Shown here in pieces: positions 17,057 to 26,763 of a DNA stretch of 43,428 bases. The first letter of the stretch is position 1; each line of letters opens with the position of its first letter. The notes under the pieces were generated by a model. That model ran no database searches. It was not told the DNA's origin and saw nothing but the letters and a program-made list of their open reading frames with translations. This DNA comes from an uncultured Candidatus Saccharibacteria bacterium (GTDB lineage: Bacteria; Patescibacteriota; Minisyncoccia; Phycocordibacterales; UBA9973), in NCBI GenBank assembly GCA_964446475.1, contig CAYUOT010000002.1:1-43428 (forward strand). The letters are read 5' to 3'. The position numbers were made by a program, and so were the translations under genes.

Positions 17057-17087
17057 AAAATGCGTCAGCCTTCGGCTGACGCATTTT
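17057..17087 (-). terminator. terminator after the 1072-aa surface-protein gene
   Basis: aaaatgcgtcagcc / ttc / ggctgacgcatttt: a perfect 14-bp stem with A/T-run flanks (3-nt central loop as drawn; the top pairs may open). Confidence 0.85.
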
Positions 17088-17102
17088 GTATTTAGCATTT
17101 AA

Positions 17103-20100
17103 CTATTTCAATTCATTCATCTTTGCAATAGTAAGCTTACCTATTAGACCGTCTGGAGTAAGTCCGTTTGCTTTTTGGAAAGCAATAACTGCTTGTTTAG
17201 TCTTTGGTCCGAAGATACCGTCTGGTAGACCTAGTATGTAACCTTTTGATGTTAGATATGTTTGTATTTGTTTGATATCATCCCCTCTTGTGCCTTGTTT
17301 TAGAAGTCTAGTGTATATCATAGAGAAAGAAGGAGTAGTGATAGGGTTTTTGATTTCTGGATTAGTATTTACTATGTTTTCTGATTTTTTGCCTAGTAGT
17401 GTAGATGGATTGATACTACCGATAACTCGGGAATGTCTTTTTGTATCGTTATCATCCTCATCGTCTACTACATCACAAGCACTTGTGGTAAATGTCATAT
17501 CTTCTCCGTATGATGTTCCTGCACTGTTAGTAGCATAGGCTCGATAGTGGTATGTAGTATTGCAATCTAGATTACTTAGATCATATGAGAATGTACCTGT
17601 TGCTTCTTCCATTTCTACTGTACCTGTAGCCATTAGATATGAATTATCTAATCCTATTTGGAATCCGAGTTCAGATAAATCTTCTCCTCCGTTGTTTGTT
17701 ACTTCTCCTTTTAGGGTGGCTCCTGTTTGAGTGATAGATGTAGGGGTAGATGAAATTAATGTGGGAATAGAAATAGGTTTTACATATTTCATTATGATAG
17801 CTTTATTATTGTTAGTATCGTCTACATATGCTACATATAGAGTATCATTTAAAGAAAAAACGAGAGAGGTATAATCAGCTTCCCCAGTAGAGAATTCAAT
17901 TAATCCAACAGAAACCCAAGAATTTCCATCAAATTTCATAACAGTGGCTTTATTATTATTAGCAAAATCTGAATATGCTACATATGGAATACCATCTGAA
18001 GAAATATCAATAGTAATATATTCAACTATTCCTGCCGAGAACCCAGCTGAACCAACAAGAATCCATGATGAACCATCAAATTTCATAACAGTAGCTTTCT
18101 GGTTATTAGCACCATCTTGATATGCTATATATAGAGTATTATCTGGAGAAATTGATAAATCTAAATATGCTAAACCAGAACTTACCCAACCTTCTGAAAA
18201 TCCAGCTGGACCAACAAGAATCCATGATGAACCATCAAATTTCATAACAGTAGCCTTACTGCTATTAGCATTATCTGAATATGCTACATATGGAGTATTA
18301 TCTGGAGAAATAGCGAAAGAAATATTATAAACTCCAGTTGCTGAAAATCCAGCTTGGCCAACAGGAATCCATGATGAACCATCAAATTTCATAACGGTGG
18401 CTTTATAGTTATTAGCACTATCTGTATATGCTACGTATGGAGTGCCATCTGAAGAAAAAGCAAGAGATAAACCATTAGACCATTGTGCTGAAAATCCAGC
18501 TTGGCCAACAGGAATCCATGATGTTCCATCAAATTTCATAACATTAATTTTACCACTCATACCATCTACATATGCTACATAGGGAATATTATCTGGAGAA
18601 ATTAATAAATCTGAATATCCTTGACTAACACTTATATAACTTTCTGAAAATCCAGCTTGGCCAACAGGAATCCATGATGAACCATCAAATTTCATGACGG
18701 TAGCTTTACCACTATTATTAACATTATCTGAATATGCTACATATGGAATATTGTCTGTAGAGACAGAGAAACTAATACCCCCCAAACTTTCTGAAATTCC
18801 AACTGAATCAACGGGGACCCAAAAATCATCATGAAAAGTAATACTTCCTTGATTATTTGTATAATTTATAACACCACTTGCAGTTGCAGTATCTGTAAAT
18901 GCTCCATCTAAAAATGTAATCGTAAGATTTGAAATACTATCAGATAAAAGACTATCCGTAGCATTACCCGTGAAAGTCAAAATTGCAATTGTTCCATCAC
19001 TATTAATGGTCATAACAGGAGTTAAACCAGAAGGCATAGGAGAAATAGTATAATGAGTGTTTAAGGTTAAGGTACTATTTGCATTTATAAAAGTATCATT
19101 TGCTAAGGTTATTACCCTACTACCAGTAACACTTCCATTATTAGATTCCAACTCACTGAAATTACCAGAGTATGATGTAATAATAGGATCAAAAATAAGT
19201 TTCATGATGGTGGCGTATTTTTCAGTACTATTTCCATTTGTATATACTACATATGGAATATCATCTGAAGAAATAGCAAGAGAAATATTACGAGCTGATC
19301 CTGCTGAAAATCCAGCTTGGCCAACAGGAATCCATGATGAACCATCAAATTTCATAGCAGTAGCTTTATTATAATTATCGAGATCTGCATATACTACATA
19401 TGGAGTATTGTCTGAAGAAAAAGCAAGTTTACCACCACCAGATTCTGATGAAAACCCAACTGGACCAACGGGAACCCAAGCTGAACTATCAAATTTCATG
19501 ACAGTGGTTTTATTATCATCTGCATATGCTACATATGGAATGTCGTCTGAAGAAAAAGCAAGAGAAATATAATTAGTCCAACCTGTTGAGAAATTAGCTG
19601 AACCAACTAGAACCCAAGAATTTCCATCAAATTTCATGACGGTAGTTTCATTACTATTGTCTCTATCTAGATATGCTACATATGGAGTGTCATCTGAAGA
19701 AAAAGCAAAAGAAATACCATTAACTTTTCCTAATGAGAAATTAGCTGAACCAACTAGAACCCAAGAATTTCCATCAAATTTCATGACGGTAGGTTTATTA
19801 CGGTAATAAAGATGATCAATATATGCTACGTATGGAGTGCCGTCTGAAGAAAAAGCAAGAGAAATACCACTAGCTCTTCCTGGTGAAAAACCAACTGACC
19901 CAACGGGAATCCAAGAATTTCCATCAAATTTCATGACAGTGATTTTATCATTATTAGCATCATCTACATATGCTACATATGGAATGTCGTCTGAAGAAAA
20001 AGCAAGAGAAAAATCACTAGCATCCCCTGCTGAAAAACCAACTGACCCAACGGGAACCCAAGTTGAAGTTAAACCATCAAATTTCACGACAGTGGCTTCA

Positions 20101-20321
20101 TTACTATTATCCACATCTTGATATGCTACATATGGGGTGTCGTCTGAAGAAATAGCAAGAGAAGTATTACTAGTCCAATATGCTGGAAGTTCAACTGATC
20201 CAACTTGATTCCAAGCACCAGTTGCTGCTCTGGCTTGATTCGGTAATAATACAAAACTTGAAACAATCAAACACAATGCGAATACGAAAACCGATGCGGG
20301 AACATTTTTTTTGAGAATCAT
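17103..20321 (-). CDS. secreted surface protein: two 7-repeat (propeller-like) arrays, Ig-like linker, Fn3-like module, C-terminal peptidoglycan-binding domain
   Basis: Signal peptide ...LLPNQARAATGAW. There are 7 + 7 repeats of ~58 aa with consensus TPYVAY.D..N..KATVMKFDGSSWIPVG.AGFS.G......SLAFSSDD. Fn3-like SSTPTSITQTGATLKGEV...TTYHYRAYATNSAGTSYGEDMTFTT. PG_binding_1-like GTRGDDIKQIQTYLTSKGYILGLPDGIFGPKTKQAVIAFQKANGLTPDGLIG. Confidence 0.8.
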   Translation of the reverse strand: MILKKNVPASVFVFALCLIVSSFVLLPNQARAATGAWNQVGSVELPAYWTSNTSLAISSDDTPYVAYQDVDNSNEATVVKFDGLTSTWVPVGSVGFSAGDASDFSLAFSSDDIPYVAYVDDANNDKITVMKFDGNSWIPVGSVGFSPGRASGISLAFSSDGTPYVAYIDHLYYRNKPTVMKFDGNSWVLVGSANFSLGKVNGISFAFSSDDTPYVAYLDRDNSNETTVMKFDGNSWVLVGSANFSTGWTNYISLAFSSDDIPYVAYADDNKTTVMKFDSSAWVPVGPVGFSSESGGGKLAFSSDNTPYVVYADLDNYNKATAMKFDGSSWIPVGQAGFSAGSARNISLAISSDDIPYVVYTNGNSTEKYATIMKLIFDPIITSYSGNFSELESNNGSVTGSRVITLANDTFINANSTLTLNTHYTISPMPSGLTPVMTINSDGTIAILTFTGNATDSLLSDSISNLTITFLDGAFTDTATASGVINYTNNQGSITFHDDFWVPVDSVGISESLGGISFSVSTDNIPYVAYSDNVNNSGKATVMKFDGSSWIPVGQAGFSESYISVSQGYSDLLISPDNIPYVAYVDGMSGKINVMKFDGTSWIPVGQAGFSAQWSNGLSLAFSSDGTPYVAYTDSANNYKATVMKFDGSSWIPVGQAGFSATGVYNISFAISPDNTPYVAYSDNANSSKATVMKFDGSSWILVGPAGFSEGWVSSGLAYLDLSISPDNTLYIAYQDGANNQKATVMKFDGSSWILVGSAGFSAGIVEYITIDISSDGIPYVAYSDFANNNKATVMKFDGNSWVSVGLIEFSTGEADYTSLVFSLNDTLYVAYVDDTNNNKAIIMKYVKPISIPTLISSTPTSITQTGATLKGEVTNNGGEDLSELGFQIGLDNSYLMATGTVEMEEATGTFSYDLSNLDCNTTYHYRAYATNSAGTSYGEDMTFTTSACDVVDDEDDNDTKRHSRVIGSINPSTLLGKKSENIVNTNPEIKNPITTPSFSMIYTRLLKQGTRGDDIKQIQTYLTSKGYILGLPDGIFGPKTKQAVIAFQKANGLTPDGLIGKLTIAKMNELK

Positions 20322-20389
20322 AAAATTTAATTCAACGAAAGAAATTAATTAATAATAAATTGTTATAAATATAGTATATCAAATATCTA

Positions 20390-20399
20390 CCCCCCCCCC
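20390..20399. repeat. C10 (G10 on coding strand) homopolymer in the upstream region of the surface-protein gene
   Basis: ctaccccccccccgcaaa: ten consecutive C, 68 nt upstream of the ATG at 20321. It sits just after an AT-only hairpin (20402-20426) that overlaps the stop of the upstream gene. Confidence 0.9.
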
Positions 20400-20424
20400 G
20401 CAAACAAAATAAAATTTATTTTGT

Positions 20425-21306
20425 TTAATTCTTACTCCATCTTGCAAATATTCCACAAGGAAGTAATCTGTCACTACTCGATTCTTCTATAGTTAATTCT
20501 CCAGATTCTATTTTTCCTCCATATTTCTTCATTAAATCTTTTAAATTATTCTCATAAGTTATGGCCGAGTATCCTGCAGTGTATCCATTTATAAGGACAA
20601 AGAGTGGTTCATCAGATAAAATCTCTCCACATAATTTCATAAGTTCAAAGAAACTTTCTTCTATTTTCCAAAGTTCATCTTTTGGACCGTGGCCAAAGGA
20701 AGGTGGATCCATTATTAATGCATCATACTTCCTTCCCCTTTTTATTTCTCTTTTTAGAAAAGTTAATACATCTTCTATCATCCACCTTATCGGCTTATCA
20801 GAAAGTCTTGAAAGTTCTGCATTCTCTCTCGCCCATACAACTGCTGACTTCGAGCCGTCCACATGACAAACTTCAGCTCCAGCTTTTGCACAAGCAAGAG
20901 TCGCACCACCAGTGTAAGCAAAGAGATTTAAGACGGAAATGGAATCTGAAAAATTATTTGAAGATGAAGCTTCTTGAATTTTTTTCTCCATCCATTCCCA
21001 ATTTGAAAGTTGTTCGGGGAAAAGCCCAACGTGTTTAAAAGAAGTTGGTTTTATAGAAAAATTAAATCCTCCAAATTTTATTTGCCAATCTTTCGGCATT
21101 TTATTTTTTATAATCCATTTTGTTTTATTCCCGTTTCTTTCAAACCTAAACTCTGCCTTATCCCATATTTTTTTATCTATTTTTTTCTCCCATAAAGCTT
21201 CTGGGTCTGGTCGTCTAAAAATAAATTCACCAAATCTTTCAAGTTTTTCACATTCACCACTATCTATTAATTCATAATCTTTATTTTTGATTGTTTTTAA
21301 AATCAT
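20425..21306 (-). CDS. class I SAM-dependent methyltransferase (RlmI/RlmK-like rRNA MTase family)
   Basis: SAM-binding LNLFAYTGGATLACAKAGAEVCHVDGSK and catalytic-loop-like ALIMDPPSFG. Confidence 0.75.
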   Translation of the reverse strand: MILKTIKNKDYELIDSGECEKLERFGEFIFRRPDPEALWEKKIDKKIWDKAEFRFERNGNKTKWIIKNKMPKDWQIKFGGFNFSIKPTSFKHVGLFPEQLSNWEWMEKKIQEASSSNNFSDSISVLNLFAYTGGATLACAKAGAEVCHVDGSKSAVVWARENAELSRLSDKPIRWMIEDVLTFLKREIKRGRKYDALIMDPPSFGHGPKDELWKIEESFFELMKLCGEILSDEPLFVLINGYTAGYSAITYENNLKDLMKKYGGKIESGELTIEESSSDRLLPCGIFARWSKN

Positions 21307-21308
21307 AA

Positions 21309-22199
21309 TTATTTCAAATATTTTTTAATATTTAATCTATGCTCTTCATAATTTTTCGCATAATGGACACTTCCTTCTTTATCATGTAAATAATACCAAT
21401 AATCAGATTCTATAGGATTTATAGCGGCTCTTATAAAAGAAAGCCCTGGATTATTCAAAGGTAACGAAGGTAATCCTTTCTTTTCATAAGTAACAGGATC
21501 TACATCAACTTGAAGTCTCATTCCTTTATTTATCCTTTTCCAAAGTATTCCAGAAATTATTTCTACATCATCATCTCCACTAGCTTCACCTTCTAAAATA
21601 GAAGCCATAATAATTATATCATTTAAACTATAATTATTATTAACTATTTCTTTTGTTTTATTTTTAAAATTAGAAGAAAGTTTTTCTATAATCTCTTCTG
21701 TTGTTGAATAAGGAAAAAAGAAATAAGTATCTGGAAATAAATAACCTTGCATATTCTTTGCTTTTTCTAAAAATAAACTTTTATCAAAGCCAAGAATATC
21801 TTTTGAAAGTATTTCAGCAAATTCTTCATTTGTTAAACCTTCCTTTAATGTTACTTTAATTTGTTTTATATTATGATCTCCATTGGATAGTTGCCATGCA
21901 ACCTTATAAACTGGAGTATTTTTATCAAAAAAATAATCCCCTTCTGAAAAATTACCAACAGCAAAAAGTTTAAAAAATATTTTTAACAAAAAAACATTTC
22001 TTATTATTTGTTTTTCTTTTAATTCTAAAGAAATATGTCCAAAAGAATCACCTTTTTTAACATGAACAAAATTGTCTCTGCTTTCAAAAGGAGCAGAAAT
22101 AAAAAGAAGATAAAATATAAAGATAAAGATAATTAAAAACAAAAACATTATTTTTTTATTTTTAATTAAATTTTTAAAGTTAAATGAATTTAACAACAT
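21309..22199 (-). CDS. mltG: endolytic murein transglycosylase MltG (YceG-like)
   Basis: N-terminal TM. GYLFPDTYFF, ASILEGEA, LQVDVDPVTY, GLPSLPLNNPGLSFIRAAINP. Confidence 0.85.
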   Translation of the reverse strand: MLLNSFNFKNLIKNKKIMFLFLIIFIFIFYLLFISAPFESRDNFVHVKKGDSFGHISLELKEKQIIRNVFLLKIFFKLFAVGNFSEGDYFFDKNTPVYKVAWQLSNGDHNIKQIKVTLKEGLTNEEFAEILSKDILGFDKSLFLEKAKNMQGYLFPDTYFFFPYSTTEEIIEKLSSNFKNKTKEIVNNNYSLNDIIIMASILEGEASGDDDVEIISGILWKRINKGMRLQVDVDPVTYEKKGLPSLPLNNPGLSFIRAAINPIESDYWYYLHDKEGSVHYAKNYEEHRLNIKKYLK

Positions 22200-22202
22200 A
22201 GA

Positions 22203-23615
22203 CTATAGCGGTAAATTTGAAGGAGGTTTAGCAATTTTTGTTTCAACTCTTTTAAAGCTTGGAGTTTCAGAAACCATTCCAGGAAAATGATATATTGTAG
22301 CTAATTCTTCTGTTGACATAACAAAAATTTCTGGTTTCCCTGATGGAAAAAACATAGATAAATATTTAGGATAATTTATATCATATTGAATTGGAGGTGA
22401 AAAAAAAGTTCTAGTTCTGTAAAAATTAAGTAGTCTTGATCTTATTTTATCTAAAGCTAACCCTGTAGGGTCTGACCAAGGAAAATCAAGAGATGTCGTA
22501 TTTGTTCTTACAAATTCATTTATTGTTGGATTTGCATATTGTCTAAAAAGAAGTCTGGAAGAACGAATTAAATTTATAAAATTCTCTATTGGAATAGTAT
22601 CTTTCTGTGAAAGTGTTATAACTCTTATTCCACATTCAAAATGATATTGGGGTATATTTCTATTTATTGAATCCATTGTTTTTTCTAGATGTTTAGGAAC
22701 CATAGAAGTCCTACTTATTGTTTCACCTTTTTCATTTTTAGTTACATTTGTAAAAGGAGCCATCATTTTATCAACAAACTCTACAGCAGCTTTATAAAAA
22801 TCTATAGAACTTCCATCTTTATTACTTTCATATGTTTTAGTACATTGTTTAACTAATATTTGTACCCACAACTGCTGTCCTTTTGGCAAAGAACCAAGAA
22901 ACTCGATTAAAGGAACAATTGGATCTATTTTAAATTCTTCTTTAACTCCTGCTCTTAATTCATCTCCAAAATCTTTATATGTTTTAATTGGCAAAAAATC
23001 ATCTTTTGCTTTTTTAAACTCAAAACCCCAAAGATTCCAATTAATATTGGGTGTATAATCTGGAATATCTAAAGTATAATCTTCTACTTCTACAACTTTT
23101 GCTTGAGGATATTGTGCATAAATTTGTGTTTCTATTAATTCTTTAAAATTAACAGGAGTTCTTATATAGAAATGAACTCTACCATCTATAGAAGCTATTT
23201 CTAAAGAAAACCATGTCCAGGGAGCTCCAAAAATATATCTACCCCAAAAACCTCTAGTTAAATTTTTATGATAGAGAGCATTACCAAAAAACATTTCCAT
23301 CGCAGCGGGGCTTTTGGATATTTCTCTAGGAACATGTATTTCTAAAAGCACCCATTTTACATTTCCTAAAAATTTATCGTTTTTGTAATTTTTCCATAAA
23401 GTAACAGCAATATAAGATAATGGAATAGGTAAAATAAACCAAATTGCTGTTAAAATTGTTTTTATCAAACCAGACGTGCCATTTTTAAAAAGAAGAAATA
23501 AAACTAAAAATAAAGCCAGTAAAAATATTACAACTTTAATAAAATTTCTATGAACAAGTTCTGCAATAGAAAGAAGTATCTTTTCTATAAAACTGATTGA
23601 ATCCATACCATACAT
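22203..23615 (-). CDS. membrane protein with large soluble C-terminal domain, function unknown
   Basis: Two or three N-terminal TM segments (VVIFLLALFLVLFLLF, ILTAIWFILPIPLSYIAVTLW). Then WVLLEIHVPREISKSPAAMEMFF...WFSLEIASIDGRVHFYIRTP...IYAQYPQAKVVEVEDY and ELATIYHFPG near the C-terminus. Tightly packed with mltG, 3 nt apart. Confidence 0.6.
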   Translation of the reverse strand: MYGMDSISFIEKILLSIAELVHRNFIKVVIFLLALFLVLFLLFKNGTSGLIKTILTAIWFILPIPLSYIAVTLWKNYKNDKFLGNVKWVLLEIHVPREISKSPAAMEMFFGNALYHKNLTRGFWGRYIFGAPWTWFSLEIASIDGRVHFYIRTPVNFKELIETQIYAQYPQAKVVEVEDYTLDIPDYTPNINWNLWGFEFKKAKDDFLPIKTYKDFGDELRAGVKEEFKIDPIVPLIEFLGSLPKGQQLWVQILVKQCTKTYESNKDGSSIDFYKAAVEFVDKMMAPFTNVTKNEKGETISRTSMVPKHLEKTMDSINRNIPQYHFECGIRVITLSQKDTIPIENFINLIRSSRLLFRQYANPTINEFVRTNTTSLDFPWSDPTGLALDKIRSRLLNFYRTRTFFSPPIQYDINYPKYLSMFFPSGKPEIFVMSTEELATIYHFPGMVSETPSFKRVETKIAKPPSNLPL

Positions 23616-23637
23616 AATACAATATTATTATAAAAAA

Positions 23638-23661
23638 ATAAAACCCAATTAAGGGTTTTAT
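23638..23661 (-). terminator. hairpin terminator after the sigma-r4/HARE-HTH gene
   Basis: ataaaaccc / aattaa / gggttttat, followed by a T-run. Confidence 0.65.
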
Positions 23662-23668
23662 TTTTATT

Positions 23669-24700
23669 TTAAACTATTGCATATAATCCATTCTTATCTT
23701 TTTTGAAATATTTTGAATTTTGAAGATTAACTAATATTGTATTCTTTTTCAAATATCTTTCTTTCATTACTTGATTTACAATATCATCTTTGGACATCGG
23801 TCCGTTTTTTTTCAAAAGTTCTTTTATAACATCTCTCACAACTCCTGATTTATATCCCCATTCTGATAAAGCATAAATACCACGCCCAACCAAAACAAAT
23901 CTTTTGTCTTTAATAAGTTCATTATGACAAGTAGCAATATGACAACTTTTACCAAAATTATTTATAACAGCTTTTGCAACTTCTCTGAAATGCATAGGGC
24001 TTCCATGCTTTCTCATCATCAAATATGCATAATCTTTGACTCCTCTTGTTTTAATTATAGAAGAATTTGTCTTACCCCACTCACCAAGAGGATTTTTGCT
24101 AATTTTTTTAAATATAGCTAACCATCTTTTGACAACTTCTTCATTTCGATACTGCTCAGAAATATCTTTTACTTCTTCTAAAAACTTAGAAATTAATTCA
24201 CCTTCTTGAATTAATTCTTCATCTGAAATATTTTCATATATTTTTTTTAAAGAATTATGAATAGTATCTGAGATAGAATTATTAACACTCCATCGTGTGT
24301 GGAATTGATCATCCTCTTTGTGTTTAGTAAATTCATCACCAAGAGTAAGGTATAAATGAACTACATTTTGAGTTAATTTATCTTTTGAAATGTAATTTAA
24401 GAGTTCTTTTTCTGAAATTATTCCACCTAATGTATTAACTAAATTTTTTAATTCTTCAAATATATCCTTTTCATTTTTAAAAGATTCAGACTTTTTAATC
24501 ATAGCAAGAGCCGCATTTTCTATTTGTCTAACTCTTTCGCGAGTAATTCCATATTTTTGACCGATAGCTTCGAGAGTTTTTCTTTCTGCATCAGAAGACA
24601 GCCCGAATCTGCTAGTAACAACCTCAGAAGCTCTTGGGGGTAGTTCAGATAAAATTCTTTTGGTTATTTGTTTTGGTTTTATTGTAATTATATTAGCCAT
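23669..24700 (-). CDS. sigma-70 region-4-like HTH protein with C-terminal HARE-HTH-like modules (not a complete sigma factor)
   Basis: SRFGLSSDAERKTLEAIGQKYGITRERVRQIENAAL is a classic region-4 signature, and no region 2 is recognisable. C-terminal MHFREVAKAV...KDKRFVLVGRGIYALSEWGY resembles the HARE-HTH / RpoE-delta N-terminal domain. Confidence 0.65.
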   Translation of the reverse strand: MANIITIKPKQITKRILSELPPRASEVVTSRFGLSSDAERKTLEAIGQKYGITRERVRQIENAALAMIKKSESFKNEKDIFEELKNLVNTLGGIISEKELLNYISKDKLTQNVVHLYLTLGDEFTKHKEDDQFHTRWSVNNSISDTIHNSLKKIYENISDEELIQEGELISKFLEEVKDISEQYRNEEVVKRWLAIFKKISKNPLGEWGKTNSSIIKTRGVKDYAYLMMRKHGSPMHFREVAKAVINNFGKSCHIATCHNELIKDKRFVLVGRGIYALSEWGYKSGVVRDVIKELLKKNGPMSKDDIVNQVMKERYLKKNTILVNLQNSKYFKKDKNGLYAIV

Positions 24701-24786
24701 TTTAAAAATTTTATTATAATAATTTCATTTACTAAAAAATATAATATCACTGTTATTAAATAAAGTCAACACCACAATAAATAAAT

Positions 24787-26604
24787 TTAATTTTTTTGTG
24801 AAGATTTAGCTTTTGATCTATCCTGTTCTTTTAAAAGCTTTTTCCTTAACCGAATGCTTTTAGGTGTAATTTCTAAATATTCATCATTTGCCATTATTTC
24901 TAATCCTCTTTCAATACTTAACTTAAAGGGTGGTTTAACATTAATAGCCTCATCTGTTCCAGAAGAACGCATATTTGAAAGTTGTTTACTTTTAGTAGGA
25001 TTTACACCCATTTCATCACCTTTTAAAACATTACCAATGACCATTCCTTCATAAACATCATCCCCGTGTTCAACATATAATACCCCTCTTTCTTGAAGCG
25101 TCCAAAGAGAGAAAGCAATTATTTTCCCAGCTACCAATGATGTCATAGAACCAACATCTCGCTTCTTTATCTCACCTCCGTATTCCTTAAATCCAATAAA
25201 TCGTGCAGAAAGAATTCCTTCACCACGAGTATCTACTACAAATTGTCCACGGTAACCAAGAAGTCCGCGTGTTGGAATTTCTAAAAACATTCGAGTAATG
25301 CCTTCTTTTTCATACATATTTGTTATAAGCCCACGACGAGAAGTTAACTTCTCAATCACACTTCCTGAATATTCATTCCTTACATCAATAGCTACTTCTT
25401 CATAAGGCTCTAAGGTTTTTCCGTTCTCTTCTTTTATAATTACGTGAGGTTGAGAAACCTGAAGTTCGTATCCTTCACGACGCATATTTTCAAGTAATAC
25501 TGCAATATGAAGTTCACCTCTTCCATAGACAAGAAATCCTTCTGACATTTCTTCTTCATCTTTATGATCAAAATCTACTCTAAGCCCTACATTCATCTCA
25601 AGTTCTTTTTCAAGCCTTTCTCTTATTTGTCTACTTGTTACATACTTTCCTTCACGTCCTGCAAAAGGAGAATCATTGACTAAGAAGTTTAGAGAAATTG
25701 TTGGCTCATCAATAGTTATTGAAGGTAAAGCTACTGTATCTTTATTATCACAAAGTGTCTCCCCTATATATATGTCTGGAATTCCAGCAATGATTGCGAT
25801 ATCACCAGTATTTAATACGTCTACTTCTTTCCTTGCTATCCCCTCAAATGTAAACATTTTAGAAATTTTCGCTGTACGAGTTTTACCATCTGCATCTTTA
25901 ACAATTATTTGTGAACCACTTTTTACAGAACCAGAATAAATACGAGCGATGGCAAGTCTTCCAAGAAAATTATCATAACCTAAATTAAATACTTGAGCGG
26001 AAAATGGCTTATCTTGATTGACAGAAGCCTCAGGAACTTCTTGTAGTATTAAATCAAACAAAGGAGTTAAATCTTTCGATTCATCTTCCATTTTTAATTT
26101 GGCAATTCCTTGCTTGCCTATAGCATACATGGTTTTAAAATCTATCTGTTCTTCACTAGCCCCTAATTCCAAAAATAACTCTAAAACCTCTTCATGAACT
26201 TTTTCTGGATTAGCTGCAGGCTTATCTATTTTATTTATAACCACAATAGGCTTAAGACCAAGTTCAAGAGATTTTTTTAATACAAAACGAGTTTGTGGCA
26301 TTGGACCTTCTTGTGCATCAACTAAAAGTAAAACAGAATCAATCGCACGTAAAACACGCTCAACTTCAGAACCGAAGTCAGCATGGCCAGGAGTGTCCAC
26401 AATATTTATTTTTGTATTTTTATAGTTAACAGAAGTATTCTTTGAATAAATAGTAATTCCTCTTTCTAACTCAAGAGCGTTTGAATCCATAGTGGCACCA
26501 TCTTCGTTCATCCCACATTGTTTCATCATTTCATCGGTCAGAGTTGTTTTTCCGTGATCAACGTGTGCAATTATAGCTATATTTCGTATTTCTTTTGGTT
26601 GCAT
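24787..26604 (-). CDS. typA: translational GTPase TypA/BipA
   Basis: [62 protein letters not shown]. Confidence 0.93.
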   Translation of the reverse strand: MQPKEIRNIAIIAHVDHGKTTLTDEMMKQCGMNEDGATMDSNALELERGITIYSKNTSVNYKNTKINIVDTPGHADFGSEVERVLRAIDSVLLLVDAQEGPMPQTRFVLKKSLELGLKPIVVINKIDKPAANPEKVHEEVLELFLELGASEEQIDFKTMYAIGKQGIAKLKMEDESKDLTPLFDLILQEVPEASVNQDKPFSAQVFNLGYDNFLGRLAIARIYSGSVKSGSQIIVKDADGKTRTAKISKMFTFEGIARKEVDVLNTGDIAIIAGIPDIYIGETLCDNKDTVALPSITIDEPTISLNFLVNDSPFAGREGKYVTSRQIRERLEKELEMNVGLRVDFDHKDEEEMSEGFLVYGRGELHIAVLLENMRREGYELQVSQPHVIIKEENGKTLEPYEEVAIDVRNEYSGSVIEKLTSRRGLITNMYEKEGITRMFLEIPTRGLLGYRGQFVVDTRGEGILSARFIGFKEYGGEIKKRDVGSMTSLVAGKIIAFSLWTLQERGVLYVEHGDDVYEGMVIGNVLKGDEMGVNPTKSKQLSNMRSSGTDEAINVKPPFKLSIERGLEIMANDEYLEITPKSIRLRKKLLKEQDRSKAKSSQKN

Positions 26605-26717
26605 TATATTTAAATCTTAATTTTAATATTCGTCTATAAAAATAAAATCGCCTTATGGCGAAAGTCATTTATTTACTTTTCACACAATATCATACTTTTT
26701 TAAATATGTAAATAATA

Positions 26718-26752
26718 AAAAATCCATGCTAATCTTATTTGCATGGATTTTT
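26718..26752 (-). terminator. terminator after rseP
   Basis: aaaaatccatgc / 11-nt loop / gcatggattttt. Confidence 0.7.
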
Positions 26753-26763
26753 ATAATATCTAT

